A DNA stretch of 64,000 nucleotides from an uncultured Rikenellaceae bacterium (GTDB taxonomy: Bacteria; Bacteroidota; Bacteroidia; Bacteroidales; VadinHA17). The first letter of the stretch is position 1. Each line of letters starts with the position of its first letter. Below, in pieces: positions 42,127 to 51,023 of the stretch. The stretch covers positions 787,087 through 851,086 of the forward strand of contig CAWFSO010000005.1 of NCBI GenBank assembly GCA_963818525.1, read 5' to 3'. Below the pieces are notes generated by a model. That model searched no databases. It was not told where the DNA came from and saw nothing but the letters and a program-made list of their open reading frames with translations. The translations under genes and the position numbers were made by a program.

Positions 42127-43215
42127 TTACCAGTGCCATCCAACGAGAACCAGAAAGGCCATCAACAGAAGGTTAAAAATATTAATGGGAAGCAGGAATT
42201 TCCACTCCAGGGTCAGCAGCTGATCTATCCTGAGCCTGGGGAAAGTCCATTTAAGCCACATCATAAGAAAGACCACTCCGAAGGTTTTTCCAATGAACCA
42301 GAAGAAAGGCGGAATAAAATCCATAACCTTGTTTAATCCGTCCCAGCCGTACACATGGAAAGGCATCCAGCCGCCGAGAAATACCGTGGTGGCAATAGCT
42401 GCAATAATGAACATGTTAATATATTCAGCAAGGAAGAAGAGAGCGAATTTAATGCCTGAATACTCTGTATGGTAACCTGCGGTAAGCTCAGACTCAGCCT
42501 CGGCAAGGTCAAAGGGGCCCCTGTTTGTCTCGGCGGTGCCGGCAACAATATAGATAACAAAGGCGATCACGGCAGGGACATGTCCCTTGAATATAAACCA
42601 GCCCCATCTCTGGGCTTCAATCATCTCTGACAGTTGCATCGTGCCTGCCAGGACAACCATTGTAATAAGTGCCAGTCCTACAGAAAGCTCATAACTCACT
42701 ATCTGTGCTCCGCTTCTCATTGCACCAATCAGGGAATATTTATTGTTGCTGGCCCACCCGGCAAGAAGAACGCCGATGACACCCATTGAGGAGACGGCCA
42801 TGAGGTAGAAGACGCCTATGTTAAGGTCTATGGCATGAAGGCCTTTTGCCAATGGCAGAGCACCAATTGCCATTACTGAGGCAATGATGACGATAAAAGG
42901 AGCGAGGTTGAAGAGAATCTTATCGGCGTTCTTTATTGGTACAAGCTCAACAAACAGCAGTTTTACAAGGTCAGCGACAGTCTGGAAAATACCGCCGGGT
43001 CCCACCCTGTTCGGACCCAGCCGGTTCTGCATTAATGCACACACCTTTCGCTCAGCGTAGACCAGGAACAGCCCTATCAGTGCAAAGAAGACAAGCAGTG
43101 CCACTCCGATGATTATCATCTCAATGGCAACAGCCCACCCCGGCGACATCGATGCCCGGAGGCTGCTGTCAATCCATTGGGTGAATGATGTAAGATCGTA
43201 TATACTAAACTCCAT
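42127..43215 (-). CDS. nuoH: NADH-quinone oxidoreductase subunit H
   Basis: 362 aa. [23 protein letters not shown] and the [18 protein letters not shown] motifs. Confidence 0.93.
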   Translation of the reverse strand: MEFSIYDLTSFTQWIDSSLRASMSPGWAVAIEMIIIGVALLVFFALIGLFLVYAERKVCALMQNRLGPNRVGPGGIFQTVADLVKLLFVELVPIKNADKILFNLAPFIVIIASVMAIGALPLAKGLHAIDLNIGVFYLMAVSSMGVIGVLLAGWASNNKYSLIGAMRSGAQIVSYELSVGLALITMVVLAGTMQLSEMIEAQRWGWFIFKGHVPAVIAFVIYIVAGTAETNRGPFDLAEAESELTAGYHTEYSGIKFALFFLAEYINMFIIAAIATTVFLGGWMPFHVYGWDGLNKVMDFIPPFFWFIGKTFGVVFLMMWLKWTFPRLRIDQLLTLEWKFLLPINIFNLLLMAFLVLVGWHW

Positions 43216-43237
43216 ATCCGGGTTCTGTTACTGATTT

Positions 43238-44359
43238 CTATCTGTCAATGTCTGGAATGACCAGGTCCAGGGAACCATTGATGGCGACCAGGTCGGCTAT
43301 CTTGAAACCTTTTGCCAGCAGGTTGAGCGGTGCAAGATTCACAAAGTTGGGTGACCTGAATTTCATCCTGAACGGATTCTTGTTCCCGTCACTGACTATG
43401 TATACTCCAAGTTCCCCGCGGGCAGTCTCGACGCTCTGCCAGTACTCCCCCTCGGGTAATTTGATAACCGGTTTCATCTTCTCCGCATAAGGGCCCTCAG
43501 GGATGTTGTCAACGAGCTGTTCGAGGATGTTCATCGATTCCCACATCTCGTCCATCCTCACCTTGTACCTGTGGAAAGAGTCACCTTCACTGTAAAGTAT
43601 CTCATTGAATGTCACCTTGTCATAGGCGCTGTAAGGATTATGCTTTCGGATGTCGCACGAGAATCCCGAGGCGCGGCCGACAGGGCCTGTCAGACCCCAG
43701 GCGATGGCATCCTCACGGTTTATGGTTCCGATGCCTTTAAGGCGTTCCTGGAAAATGACGTTGCCCGTGAGAAGACGGTCATACTCGGGCAGGGTCTTGC
43801 GGAAATACTTAATAAATTCCTTTATTCTTTTCTGGAAGTTCGGATGAATGTCATTCATAAGTCCGCCCGGGCAATTATAGCTGACTATCATCCTTCCTCC
43901 GCATGTCTCCTCGAAGATGTCAAGAATCAGCTCGCGGTCTCTCAGTCCGTAAAAGAAACATGTCAGCCCACCCAGGTCCATCCCATAGGTAGCCCAGAAA
44001 AGCTGGTGCGACTGTATCCTTGTCAGCTCGCTCAGTATGGTTCTTATATATTTTACCCTGTCAGATACCTCAATACCCAGGGCTTTCTCAACCGCAAGGC
44101 TGACCGCCTCGTTGTTGATGTGTGCAGAGAGGTAGTCCATCCTGTCTGTCAGATGGATGATCTGAGGGTAGGTTAGGCTCTCGCACATTTTCTCTATGCC
44201 GCGATGGACATAGCCGATATGGGGCTCGACATTCTTAACCATCTCGCCCCTGAGCGATACAACCAGCCTTAGCACACCGTGGGTTGACGGGTGCTGAGGC
44301 CCCATGTTGATTATGTATTCCTCCTCTTCCAGGGGGATGTTTACTGCAACTTCTTCCAT
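43238..44359 (-). CDS. nuoD: NADH-quinone oxidoreductase subunit D
   Basis: 373 aa. NMGPQHPSTHGVLRL, with a C-terminal DIDR ending. Confidence 0.93.
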   Translation of the reverse strand: MEEVAVNIPLEEEEYIINMGPQHPSTHGVLRLVVSLRGEMVKNVEPHIGYVHRGIEKMCESLTYPQIIHLTDRMDYLSAHINNEAVSLAVEKALGIEVSDRVKYIRTILSELTRIQSHQLFWATYGMDLGGLTCFFYGLRDRELILDIFEETCGGRMIVSYNCPGGLMNDIHPNFQKRIKEFIKYFRKTLPEYDRLLTGNVIFQERLKGIGTINREDAIAWGLTGPVGRASGFSCDIRKHNPYSAYDKVTFNEILYSEGDSFHRYKVRMDEMWESMNILEQLVDNIPEGPYAEKMKPVIKLPEGEYWQSVETARGELGVYIVSDGNKNPFRMKFRSPNFVNLAPLNLLAKGFKIADLVAINGSLDLVIPDIDR

Positions 44360-44362
44360 AAT

Positions 44363-44818
44363 CTATCGGGCAAGAATATTAATTTCGTCCTTATAATCTT
44401 TCCTGAGCGGGTAACCCCACGTGCTGTCAAGGAAGAGCCGGCGAAGATCGGGATGCCCCCTGAATTTTATTCCAAGGAGGTCATAAACCTCTCTCTCATG
44501 AAAATCTGCTGCCGGCCAGAGAGAGCAGAGGGAATCAATTTCGGGATTTTCCCTGTCACTTACCCTTGTCTTCAGGACGATCATGTGATTATGCTCAGTG
44601 GACCTGAGATGATAAACCACGCCAAGTTCTTTGCCCCAGTCCATTCCGGTAATGCATACCAGCATATCAAACCGGGTCTCTGTGTTCTCTTTGAGCGCGG
44701 TTGCCGTTGAAAGGAGATGCCCGGGCGACACGCTGATCTCGACGAATTGTTTCCCCTGGACTATCCCGGACGCAGGAGCAAGCGCGGCTGCGGCAGCAGC
44801 AAGCTGTATATTATCCAT
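44363..44818 (-). CDS. nuoC: NADH-quinone oxidoreductase subunit C
   Basis: 151 aa. WPAADFHEREVYDLLGIKFRGHPDLRRLF. Confidence 0.9.
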   Translation of the reverse strand: MDNIQLAAAAAALAPASGIVQGKQFVEISVSPGHLLSTATALKENTETRFDMLVCITGMDWGKELGVVYHLRSTEHNHMIVLKTRVSDRENPEIDSLCSLWPAADFHEREVYDLLGIKFRGHPDLRRLFLDSTWGYPLRKDYKDEINILAR

Positions 44819-44825
44819 CAGTCTG

Positions 44826-45407
44826 TTACTTAATGTCGTGTGACTTATTGCGTCTTTTTCTTGATTTCATGGTCTCTGTATTGATCTTCCTGTGAAGCTG
44901 CAGCATGCCGTACAGAAGTGCTTCGGGACGCGGAGGGCAGCCGGGGACATAAACATCTACCGGTATAATATTATCCGCACCCTTGACAACACAGTATGAA
45001 TTGAGGAAGAACGGTCCGCCTGATACCGCGCAGGCTCCCATTGCCAGCACGTATTTGGGCTCAGACATCTGTTCGTAGAGCAGTTTAAGCACGGGAGCCA
45101 TCTTATTATTTATGGTGCCGGCAATGACAATAAGATCAGCCTGTCTCGGGCTCGCACGGTACACCTCCATACCGAACCGGGCGAAGTCATGACGCGGTGC
45201 GCCTGCAGCCATCATCTCGATACCGCAACAGCTGGTGGCGAATGTCAGAGGCCACAGGGAATTCCTCCTGCCCCAGTTTATGACATCGTCTATTGTCGAA
45301 AGGAACACATTTCCGCCTAATTCCTTAAGCATTTCAAGGGTTTCGTTATCCTTGAACTCCTCTTGTTTTATGCCTTTTATTCCCATGTGAGAGCGTGTTT
45401 TTTCCAT
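44826..45407 (-). CDS. nuoB: NADH-quinone oxidoreductase subunit B
   Basis: [34 protein letters not shown] 45386 is an alternative start that would shorten the overlap with nuoA. Confidence 0.93.
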   Translation of the reverse strand: MEKTRSHMGIKGIKQEEFKDNETLEMLKELGGNVFLSTIDDVINWGRRNSLWPLTFATSCCGIEMMAAGAPRHDFARFGMEVYRASPRQADLIVIAGTINNKMAPVLKLLYEQMSEPKYVLAMGACAVSGGPFFLNSYCVVKGADNIIPVDVYVPGCPPRPEALLYGMLQLHRKINTETMKSRKRRNKSHDIK

Positions 45408-45727
45408 GCATAAGCAAGACCCAGACCCAGGATGATCATGAAGATCACTATCTCAATGAAGGCTACCATGCCCAGGTCTTTCATTACCACGGCCCATGGG
45501 AACAGGAAGACTGTTTCTGCATCAAAGACCAGGAAGAGGATCGCAAACAGATAATATCCTACGTTGAACTGCAACCAGGTTGTACCTTTTGTCGGGATGC
45601 CGCATTCATAGGGGTCAAACTTGTTAGGGGCAAATGATCTCGGAGCCACAATGCCTGAGAAGATCAGGACAACCCCGACGAAAATGGCCCCCACAAGAAA
45701 ACAAGTCAACAGGGCTAAATTATCCAT
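45377..45727 (-). CDS. nuoA: NADH-quinone oxidoreductase subunit A
   Basis: 116 aa, 3 TM segments, PYECGIP motif, first gene of the operon. Confidence 0.9.
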   Translation of the reverse strand: MDNLALLTCFLVGAIFVGVVLIFSGIVAPRSFAPNKFDPYECGIPTKGTTWLQFNVGYYLFAILFLVFDAETVFLFPWAVVMKDLGMVAFIEIVIFMIILGLGLAYAWKKHALTWE

Positions 45728-45761
45728 GAAAACAGAATTATACGGTTAGTGAAGATCAGGC

Positions 45762-45769
45762 GCAAAATT
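45762..45769 (-). promoter_or_regulatory. -7 box (TAATTTTG) upstream of nuoA
   Basis: Perfect TAnnTTTG on the reverse strand, 34 nt upstream of the nuoA ATG. Confidence 0.4.
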
Positions 45770-45876
45770 ATCCTTATCGGATTTCAGGAGGCTAAAGTAT
45801 AATATTTATCATAATTGTGAAATAATAAACAGAAGCTGCAATTCCCCTTAAATTAATGCGTGTTCTGGTTTTACGT

Positions 45877-45908
45877 AAAAAAAGCGACGCTGGAATTCCG
45901 GCGTCGCT
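45877..45908 (-). terminator. rho-independent terminator after the exbD genes
   Basis: 11-bp stem (AGCGACGCTGG/CCGGCGTCGCT, one G-U pair) with an AATT loop. The reverse strand follows it with TTTTTTT. Confidence 0.8.
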
Positions 45909-45933
45909 TAATGGGTTGTACGGTGGTGTTCTG

Positions 45934-46416
45934 TTATTGCTGCAAAGTCATATTGTCAACGTTGGTGTTGGCGTACATGATCTTCAGTGCACTGGCGCGT
46001 CGAAGGGCTTGCTTAACCTCAGTTACCACGCCCATTCTGGTATCACGGTCGATCTTCAGCACCACGAGCATCTTTGTCTTGTCGGCCTCATTGAGCTGCT
46101 CGCGTTCCTGTGCGATGAAGTCCTGGATATCATTTATCTCCTTGAACGTATCATTTAGCTGGATCTTTGGTTCACTGCCGTAGAGGGCCTGGAAGGCTTC
46201 GAGGGGCTCACCTATGTATATGAAGCTGGCGAGAGATTTTTTCTCGAGTATTTTGCCTTCGGTGGCGTCGGGGATCCTGACTGTGACCATGACGTCTGTC
46301 TCGCGCATAGTGGTGACTGCCATGAAGAAGAAGAGTATCATGAATACTATGTCAGGCAGTGATGATGTGCTGATTGCCTTGACTTCTTTCTTGCCTGTCT
46401 TGACGAACCTTGCCAT
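45934..46416 (-). CDS. exbD: biopolymer transporter ExbD/TolR family
   Basis: 160 aa with an N-terminal TM segment (LPDIVFMILFFFMAVTTM) and a periplasmic domain. Confidence 0.8.
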   Translation of the reverse strand: MARFVKTGKKEVKAISTSSLPDIVFMILFFFMAVTTMRETDVMVTVRIPDATEGKILEKKSLASFIYIGEPLEAFQALYGSEPKIQLNDTFKEINDIQDFIAQEREQLNEADKTKMLVVLKIDRDTRMGVVTEVKQALRRASALKIMYANTNVDNMTLQQ

Positions 46417-46417
46417 G

Positions 46418-46996
46418 TTAGTTTTCTCCTATCCTTTTAGGTTCAGCTTCCGAGATGGGCACCTGAAAGAAGTCGTCGACGGCTCCTTTGCGTTCCTCAT
46501 CCAGTCTTTCATAAGGTATGCCAAACTCCTGCCTGGCAAGGTCATCACGAAGTTTGGCCCTTGCCGCTATCAGCTCATTCTGAACCGCAATATAGACCCC
46601 GTATTTTGTGCCGATGTCATTTTGCAGTGAGATGACCGCCTTTGTCACAGCCACATTGCCGAAGTAGGGGATATTAACTACCTCTTTCTCAGGCATTCTT
46701 GGTGAGTCATCGGCGTTAAGGATGAAGTCATGGGCTATCTCCCTCAGCTGGCTGAACTCTGTCAGCTGACCCTCTACCAGCAGGAGGTTGTCCTTGTTGA
46801 CCTTCACCTCGAGGATGTTCCTGTCGTTGATCTTATTCATATCCTGCGGGACGTTTGGATCGGGGATGGCGGGCAGCTGACGCATCAGTCCCGTGTCCGA
46901 GTCCATCGTGGTGGCAGCCAGGAAGAAAATAAGAAGGAGGAATGCAATGTCAGCCATTGAGCCTGCATTAATTTCCGGTACTTGCCTTCTTGACAT
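46418..46996 (-). CDS. exbD: biopolymer transporter ExbD/TolR family (longer paralogue)
   Basis: 192 aa, EINAGSMADIAFLLLIFFLAATTM. Confidence 0.8.
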   Translation of the reverse strand: MSRRQVPEINAGSMADIAFLLLIFFLAATTMDSDTGLMRQLPAIPDPNVPQDMNKINDRNILEVKVNKDNLLLVEGQLTEFSQLREIAHDFILNADDSPRMPEKEVVNIPYFGNVAVTKAVISLQNDIGTKYGVYIAVQNELIAARAKLRDDLARQEFGIPYERLDEERKGAVDDFFQVPISEAEPKRIGEN

Positions 46997-47035
46997 TTGG
47001 TGAATATTTATCTCCGCCGCTGGCGGAAGGTTCTG

Positions 47036-47497
47036 TTATTTTCTAAAGTACTTTGAAATGACTGAGTAGATGATAGCCAGAAACGCTCCGGCGAGAAGGA
47101 AATAGGCAACAAAAAGCCCTACATCTGTCCAGAAGAGTGTCCTGGGCACATTGTCGCCACCCTTGTAATGCGGGAGGTAAAGGACCGTATTGTCAGCCAG
47201 GAGGGCTGCCAGTCCTACAAGTACAGCGGCCAGTCCAAGAGCAACCAGCGCCAGCTTCACTCCTTTCGGGTTGAGGACCATGTTTCTAACTGCGAAGAAG
47301 ACCATTACCACAACGGTCACAGCAAACAGTATATAAGCAAAAACGATGAAAGAGTTGGTTACCTTCGGCTCCTCATATCGTGTCCCTTCCGTGCCCGGCA
47401 CCACACCGCCCACGTAGAACAGTATGGCGAAGAGCACTGTGAGGCCCATCAGCACCCACAGCAGGATCGATGTCAGCTTTGTTATTTTTTCGGACAT
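47036..47497 (-). CDS. hypothetical 4-TM membrane protein embedded in the exbB/exbD cluster
   Basis: 153 aa with four hydrophobic segments and no recognisable motif. Confidence 0.6.
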   Translation of the reverse strand: MSEKITKLTSILLWVLMGLTVLFAILFYVGGVVPGTEGTRYEEPKVTNSFIVFAYILFAVTVVVMVFFAVRNMVLNPKGVKLALVALGLAAVLVGLAALLADNTVLYLPHYKGGDNVPRTLFWTDVGLFVAYFLLAGAFLAIIYSVISKYFRK

Positions 47498-47503
47498 AAC
47501 CGG

Positions 47504-48286
47504 TTATTTTTGGTTGTATTTAGCCAGCATGTCAATAAGTGTGATGGATGAATCTTCCATCTGGTTTGAAATGCTGTCAATTTTTGAGAGCAGGTAGTTA
47601 TAGAAGACCTGCAGAATGATTGCCACGACGAGGCCGAAGACGGTAGTGATAAGGGCTACCTTGATACCGCCGGCGACGATTGTAGCCGATACTGTACCTG
47701 CCTGTTCGATGGCATCGAAGGCCTGGATCATGCCGATGACTGTTCCGAGGAAGCCGAGCATGGGGGCAAGTGCGATAAAGAGGGAGATCCATGAGAGGTT
47801 TTTCTCAAGGAGTCCGGTCTGTACGCCGCCATAAGCTACAACGGATTTCTCTGCCATCTCAACACCTTCATGGGCTCTGTCGAGTCCCTGGTAGAAGATG
47901 CTTGCCACCGGGCCGCGGGTATTGCGGCAAATTTCCTTGGCAGCGTCAAGGCCTTCTTCCTTCAGGGCTTTGTCAATTTTTGACAGGAGTTTTTCGGTGT
48001 TTGTCGTAGCCAGGTTGAGGTAGAAGATTCTCTCGATGGCGATAGCAAGGCCGAAGATAAGACAGAGAAGGATTGTCCCCATGAATCCTGCGCCACCCTC
48101 GATAAATAGCCTCTTGATCTCCTTGTGGAGTACCTTTTCGGTTTCAACGGGAGTGGTTCCCTGGGTTTGTTCTGAAAGTTGCTGTGCTGTTGTTGCAGTC
48201 TGATCTGTCTGGGCCTGTGAAGTCTGTGCTGTGCCGATAAGGAGCAGCGCTGCAAATGCCATAAATACAAGAACTCTTTTCATCAT
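47504..48286 (-). CDS. exbB: MotA/TolQ/ExbB proton-channel family protein
   Basis: 260 aa with a signal-like N-terminus. The C-terminal half carries the typical ExbB TM pattern (ALAPMLGFLGTVIGMIQAF). Confidence 0.85.
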   Translation of the reverse strand: MMKRVLVFMAFAALLLIGTAQTSQAQTDQTATTAQQLSEQTQGTTPVETEKVLHKEIKRLFIEGGAGFMGTILLCLIFGLAIAIERIFYLNLATTNTEKLLSKIDKALKEEGLDAAKEICRNTRGPVASIFYQGLDRAHEGVEMAEKSVVAYGGVQTGLLEKNLSWISLFIALAPMLGFLGTVIGMIQAFDAIEQAGTVSATIVAGGIKVALITTVFGLVVAIILQVFYNYLLSKIDSISNQMEDSSITLIDMLAKYNQK

Positions 48287-48312
48287 GTTAGATTATTATT
48301 GGAATGTTCTGA

Positions 48313-48320
48313 CAAAAATA
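48313..48320 (-). promoter_or_regulatory. -7 box (TATTTTTG) upstream of exbB
   Basis: Perfect TAnnTTTG on the reverse strand, 26 nt upstream of the exbB ATG. Confidence 0.4.
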
Positions 48321-48433
48321 AAAAAAAATGGAAAGCGCACAACGGGGAGGGGATTATAAAAAAAATTGGGAGATTGGCGGATGCGAGGGAGACTTCTATG
48401 AGGGGGTCTGCAGGCCGAATCTGTCACCTCAAC

Positions 48434-48557
48434 CTATCACTTCCGTGATGCAGGGGATTACCTTCGGTGATCCCCTGTGAGGGACCTGCAGAGCATATCA
48501 CTTCCTCATGAGTTGGATGCAGGGGATTACCTTCGGTGATCCCCTGGAGGGAGTCCT

Positions 48558-48561
<4 letters not shown>
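48434..48561 (+). repeat. two direct copies of a ~60-nt hairpin module
   Basis: A 31-nt segment GATGCAGGGGATTACCTTCGGTGATCCCCTG is identical at 48447-48477 and 48516-48546. Each copy folds into an 11-bp stem with a CUUCG loop. One pair is G-U in the plus sense and would be a C-A mismatch in the minus sense. The flanks are also similar (ATCACTTCC... / ...GAGGGA.CCTGCA). Confidence 0.85.
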
Positions 48562-48770
<209 letters not shown>

Positions 48771-48953
48771 AAAAACGGCGCAATTTACGAAAATTTTTAT
48801 GACGGCAGCGGACTCAGCTCATTTCGCAAGATAGAGACCTGGCCAGAGGATAGCTTTTCTTTCGGCAACTTCAGCTCATTTCTCCGTAATGAGACCTCAC
48901 CAAATCCGTCGCACAACGGTAAGGCCAGCAGGTAGCTGGTCCTCTCAGCGGCT

Positions 48954-49982
48954 TCAGCTCATTTCTCCGCAGAGCGGTTTCGCAAGCAAAGCGCTGACCC
49001 TCTCAGCCGGCAACCCGCTGCCAAGCAGCTTCATCATCTTCGTCACGGCAGCCTCGGTGGTTATGTCCCTGCCACTGATGACCCCTGCACTTCTTAATCC
49101 CGCCGAGGTCTCATAAAGCCCCATCTCCACAGTTCCGGCCTGGCATTGCGTCACATTCAGAACAAGGCCACCCCTGCCCATGAACTCGCGCAACTCATCA
49201 AGGAACCAGCCGACGGTGGGACCATTGCCCGTACCGTATGTCTCAAGGATGAGTCCCCGGATACCGGCTGTGTGGAGTATGGAATGGACCGTCTCTTTCC
49301 TGATACCGGGGAACAGGCTGAGAACAGCGACGCCGGTGTCGAAATTGCCGGAGACCTCCAGCGGCCGCCTGACCGTCGGATACCTTATGATGTTGCGGTT
49401 GTAACGTATCTGCAGTCCGGCCTCAGCCAGCGGTGGCAGGTTGGGAGAGGTGAAGGCGTTGAAGTGCTCGGCGCTGTACTTGATGGTCCTGTTTCCGCGT
49501 AAAAGCTTGTTTTCAAAATAGATACAGACCTCAGGCACAACCGGTAACCCGTTCTCACGCGCTGCGGCTATCTCTATGGCAGTGATGAGATTCTCCTTGC
49601 CGTCAGTGCGAAGTACACCTATTGGCAACTGGGCTCCTGTGAAGATCACCGGTTTCTCGAGTCCTGAGAGCATGAAACTGAGAGCCGAGGCCGAGTATGC
49701 CATAGTGTCAGTGCCGTGCAACACCACAAACCCGTCAAACCGGTCGTAGCCCCCGGCAATGGTCTCCGCTATCCTGACCCAGGTATCGGGACTGACATCC
49801 GACGAGTCGATGACGGGGTCAAAGGTGACGGACTCAAGGGTAAAGCCGAACCTCCGCAACTCAGGCACCTGGTCTGATATATGCCTGAAGTCTATGGGTA
49901 CCAGCGATCCCGTCACCGGATCATTGACCATTCCAATGGTTCCCCCGGTATATATGATCAGAATCGATATGCTCTCTTTCAT
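48954..49982 (-). CDS. ansA: type I (cytoplasmic) L-asparaginase
   Basis: 342 aa. ILIIYTGGTIGM and the VVLHGTDTMAYSA motifs. Confidence 0.88.
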   Translation of the reverse strand: MKESISILIIYTGGTIGMVNDPVTGSLVPIDFRHISDQVPELRRFGFTLESVTFDPVIDSSDVSPDTWVRIAETIAGGYDRFDGFVVLHGTDTMAYSASALSFMLSGLEKPVIFTGAQLPIGVLRTDGKENLITAIEIAAARENGLPVVPEVCIYFENKLLRGNRTIKYSAEHFNAFTSPNLPPLAEAGLQIRYNRNIIRYPTVRRPLEVSGNFDTGVAVLSLFPGIRKETVHSILHTAGIRGLILETYGTGNGPTVGWFLDELREFMGRGGLVLNVTQCQAGTVEMGLYETSAGLRSAGVISGRDITTEAAVTKMMKLLGSGLPAERVSALLAKPLCGEMS

Positions 49983-49985
49983 GCT

Positions 49986-50754
49986 CTAAAGTTTAAAGAG
50001 TCTTTTTGCATTGGCTGTGGTTTTATCAGCTACTTCGTCGGGTGAGACGGCCAGCACCTCCGACAGTTTATCTATCACCAGCGGGAGGTAACTGCTCTCG
50101 TTGCGCTTGCCGCGGTGAGGCACGGGAGCAAGGTATGGCGCGTCAGTCTCGAGGACAATATTGTTAATGCCGGCTTCAATGGCAGCCTCGTGCTGGCGTC
50201 CGTTGCGGAACGTGACCACGCCTCCGATGCCTATCATAAATCCCAATTCTGTCACTTTCCTCGCCTCGGCGGCATTTCCTGGAAAGGCATGAAAAATGCC
50301 GGTAACACGGCCGGCGCCGAAAGCTTCGATCTCGGAAAAAATAACCTCAAGCGATTCCCGCGCATGGATGACGATCGGCAGCTCGTAATTCCTCCGCCAG
50401 TTCAAGCTGACGCCTGAATGACACTATCTGTTCCCTGATGAAGGTCTTGTCCCAGTAGAGGTCGATGCCGGTTTCGCCAATGCCGTAATATTTATGTTCC
50501 CTCAGCCTTGTTTCAACGAGATCCAGCTCGTCACGGTAATTTTCCTTTACCGAGGTGGGGTGGAGACCCATCATCGGGAGGCATATACCCGGATATCGCT
50601 CTTCTGCGGCGAGCATGGGAGTCACTGAGGATGAGTCTATATTGGGCATCATGACCGTCTGCACTCCCGCACTGACCGACCTTTTGATCACCTCATCGCG
50701 GTCATCGTCAAACTCCGGCAGGTAAATGTGGTTATGGGTGTCAATGATGTTCAT
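49986..50754 (-). pseudogene. TatD-family metal-dependent hydrolase, frame broken by one extra base near 50385 (probably a consensus error)
   Basis: ORF 50347..50754 (MNIIDTHNHIY...GETGIDLYW...FRRQLELAEEL) and ORF 49986..50405 (..ELPIVIHARES...LETDAPYL) are the two halves. Deleting base 50385 gives QLELAEELELPIVIHARES, which matches the usual LA.EL.LP..IH.R spacing. Confidence 0.85.
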
Positions 50755-50794
50755 GGCACAAAAGTAATTGATTTTTCTGGCTATGGGTTTCTGT

Positions 50795-50968
50795 AATCTT
50801 CAGTCTTCAGTCCGCAGCTGGCAGTCTCCAGTTGGCAGCCCCCAGTCCTCAGCCGGCAGTCTTCAGTCCGTGGTATCCGGTTAATTAGGTAATTTAATGA
50901 CTACCGATTGCCGACCGTGGACTGCCGACTGTGTTTTGGACCTTCAGACTTTTGACTTTCAGACTCCT
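50795..50968. repeat. paired heptanucleotide arrays (11 x AGyynnC, then GACTnnn-type units of opposite polarity)
   Basis: AATCTTC AGTCTTC AGTCCGC AGCTGGC AGTCTCC AGTTGGC AGCCCCC AGTCCTC AGCCGGC AGTCTTC AGTCCGT (50795-50871, strictly in phase). After a 27-nt AT-rich centre come GACTACC GATTGCC GACCGTG GACTGCC GACTGTG ... (50899-50968). Confidence 0.85.
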
Positions 50969-51023
50969 TGCATTTATCCTCAAATCGTTATACATTTACA
51001 TAGTCTCGCTAACATTATTGCCA

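Noticed and set aside
48447-48546. Identical 31-nt hairpin-forming repeats as a mini CRISPR array
   Set aside because: There are only two copies, the flanks are also homologous so the intervening sequence is not a spacer, and there are no cas genes in the window.
50931-51023. N-terminal extension of dprA (ORF-track start 50931) and ORF 50897..51208
   Set aside because: The extension is translated heptamer-repeat DNA (MFWTFRLLTFRLLAF...). The DprA homology starts at MSHTSLVHRIALG (51024).
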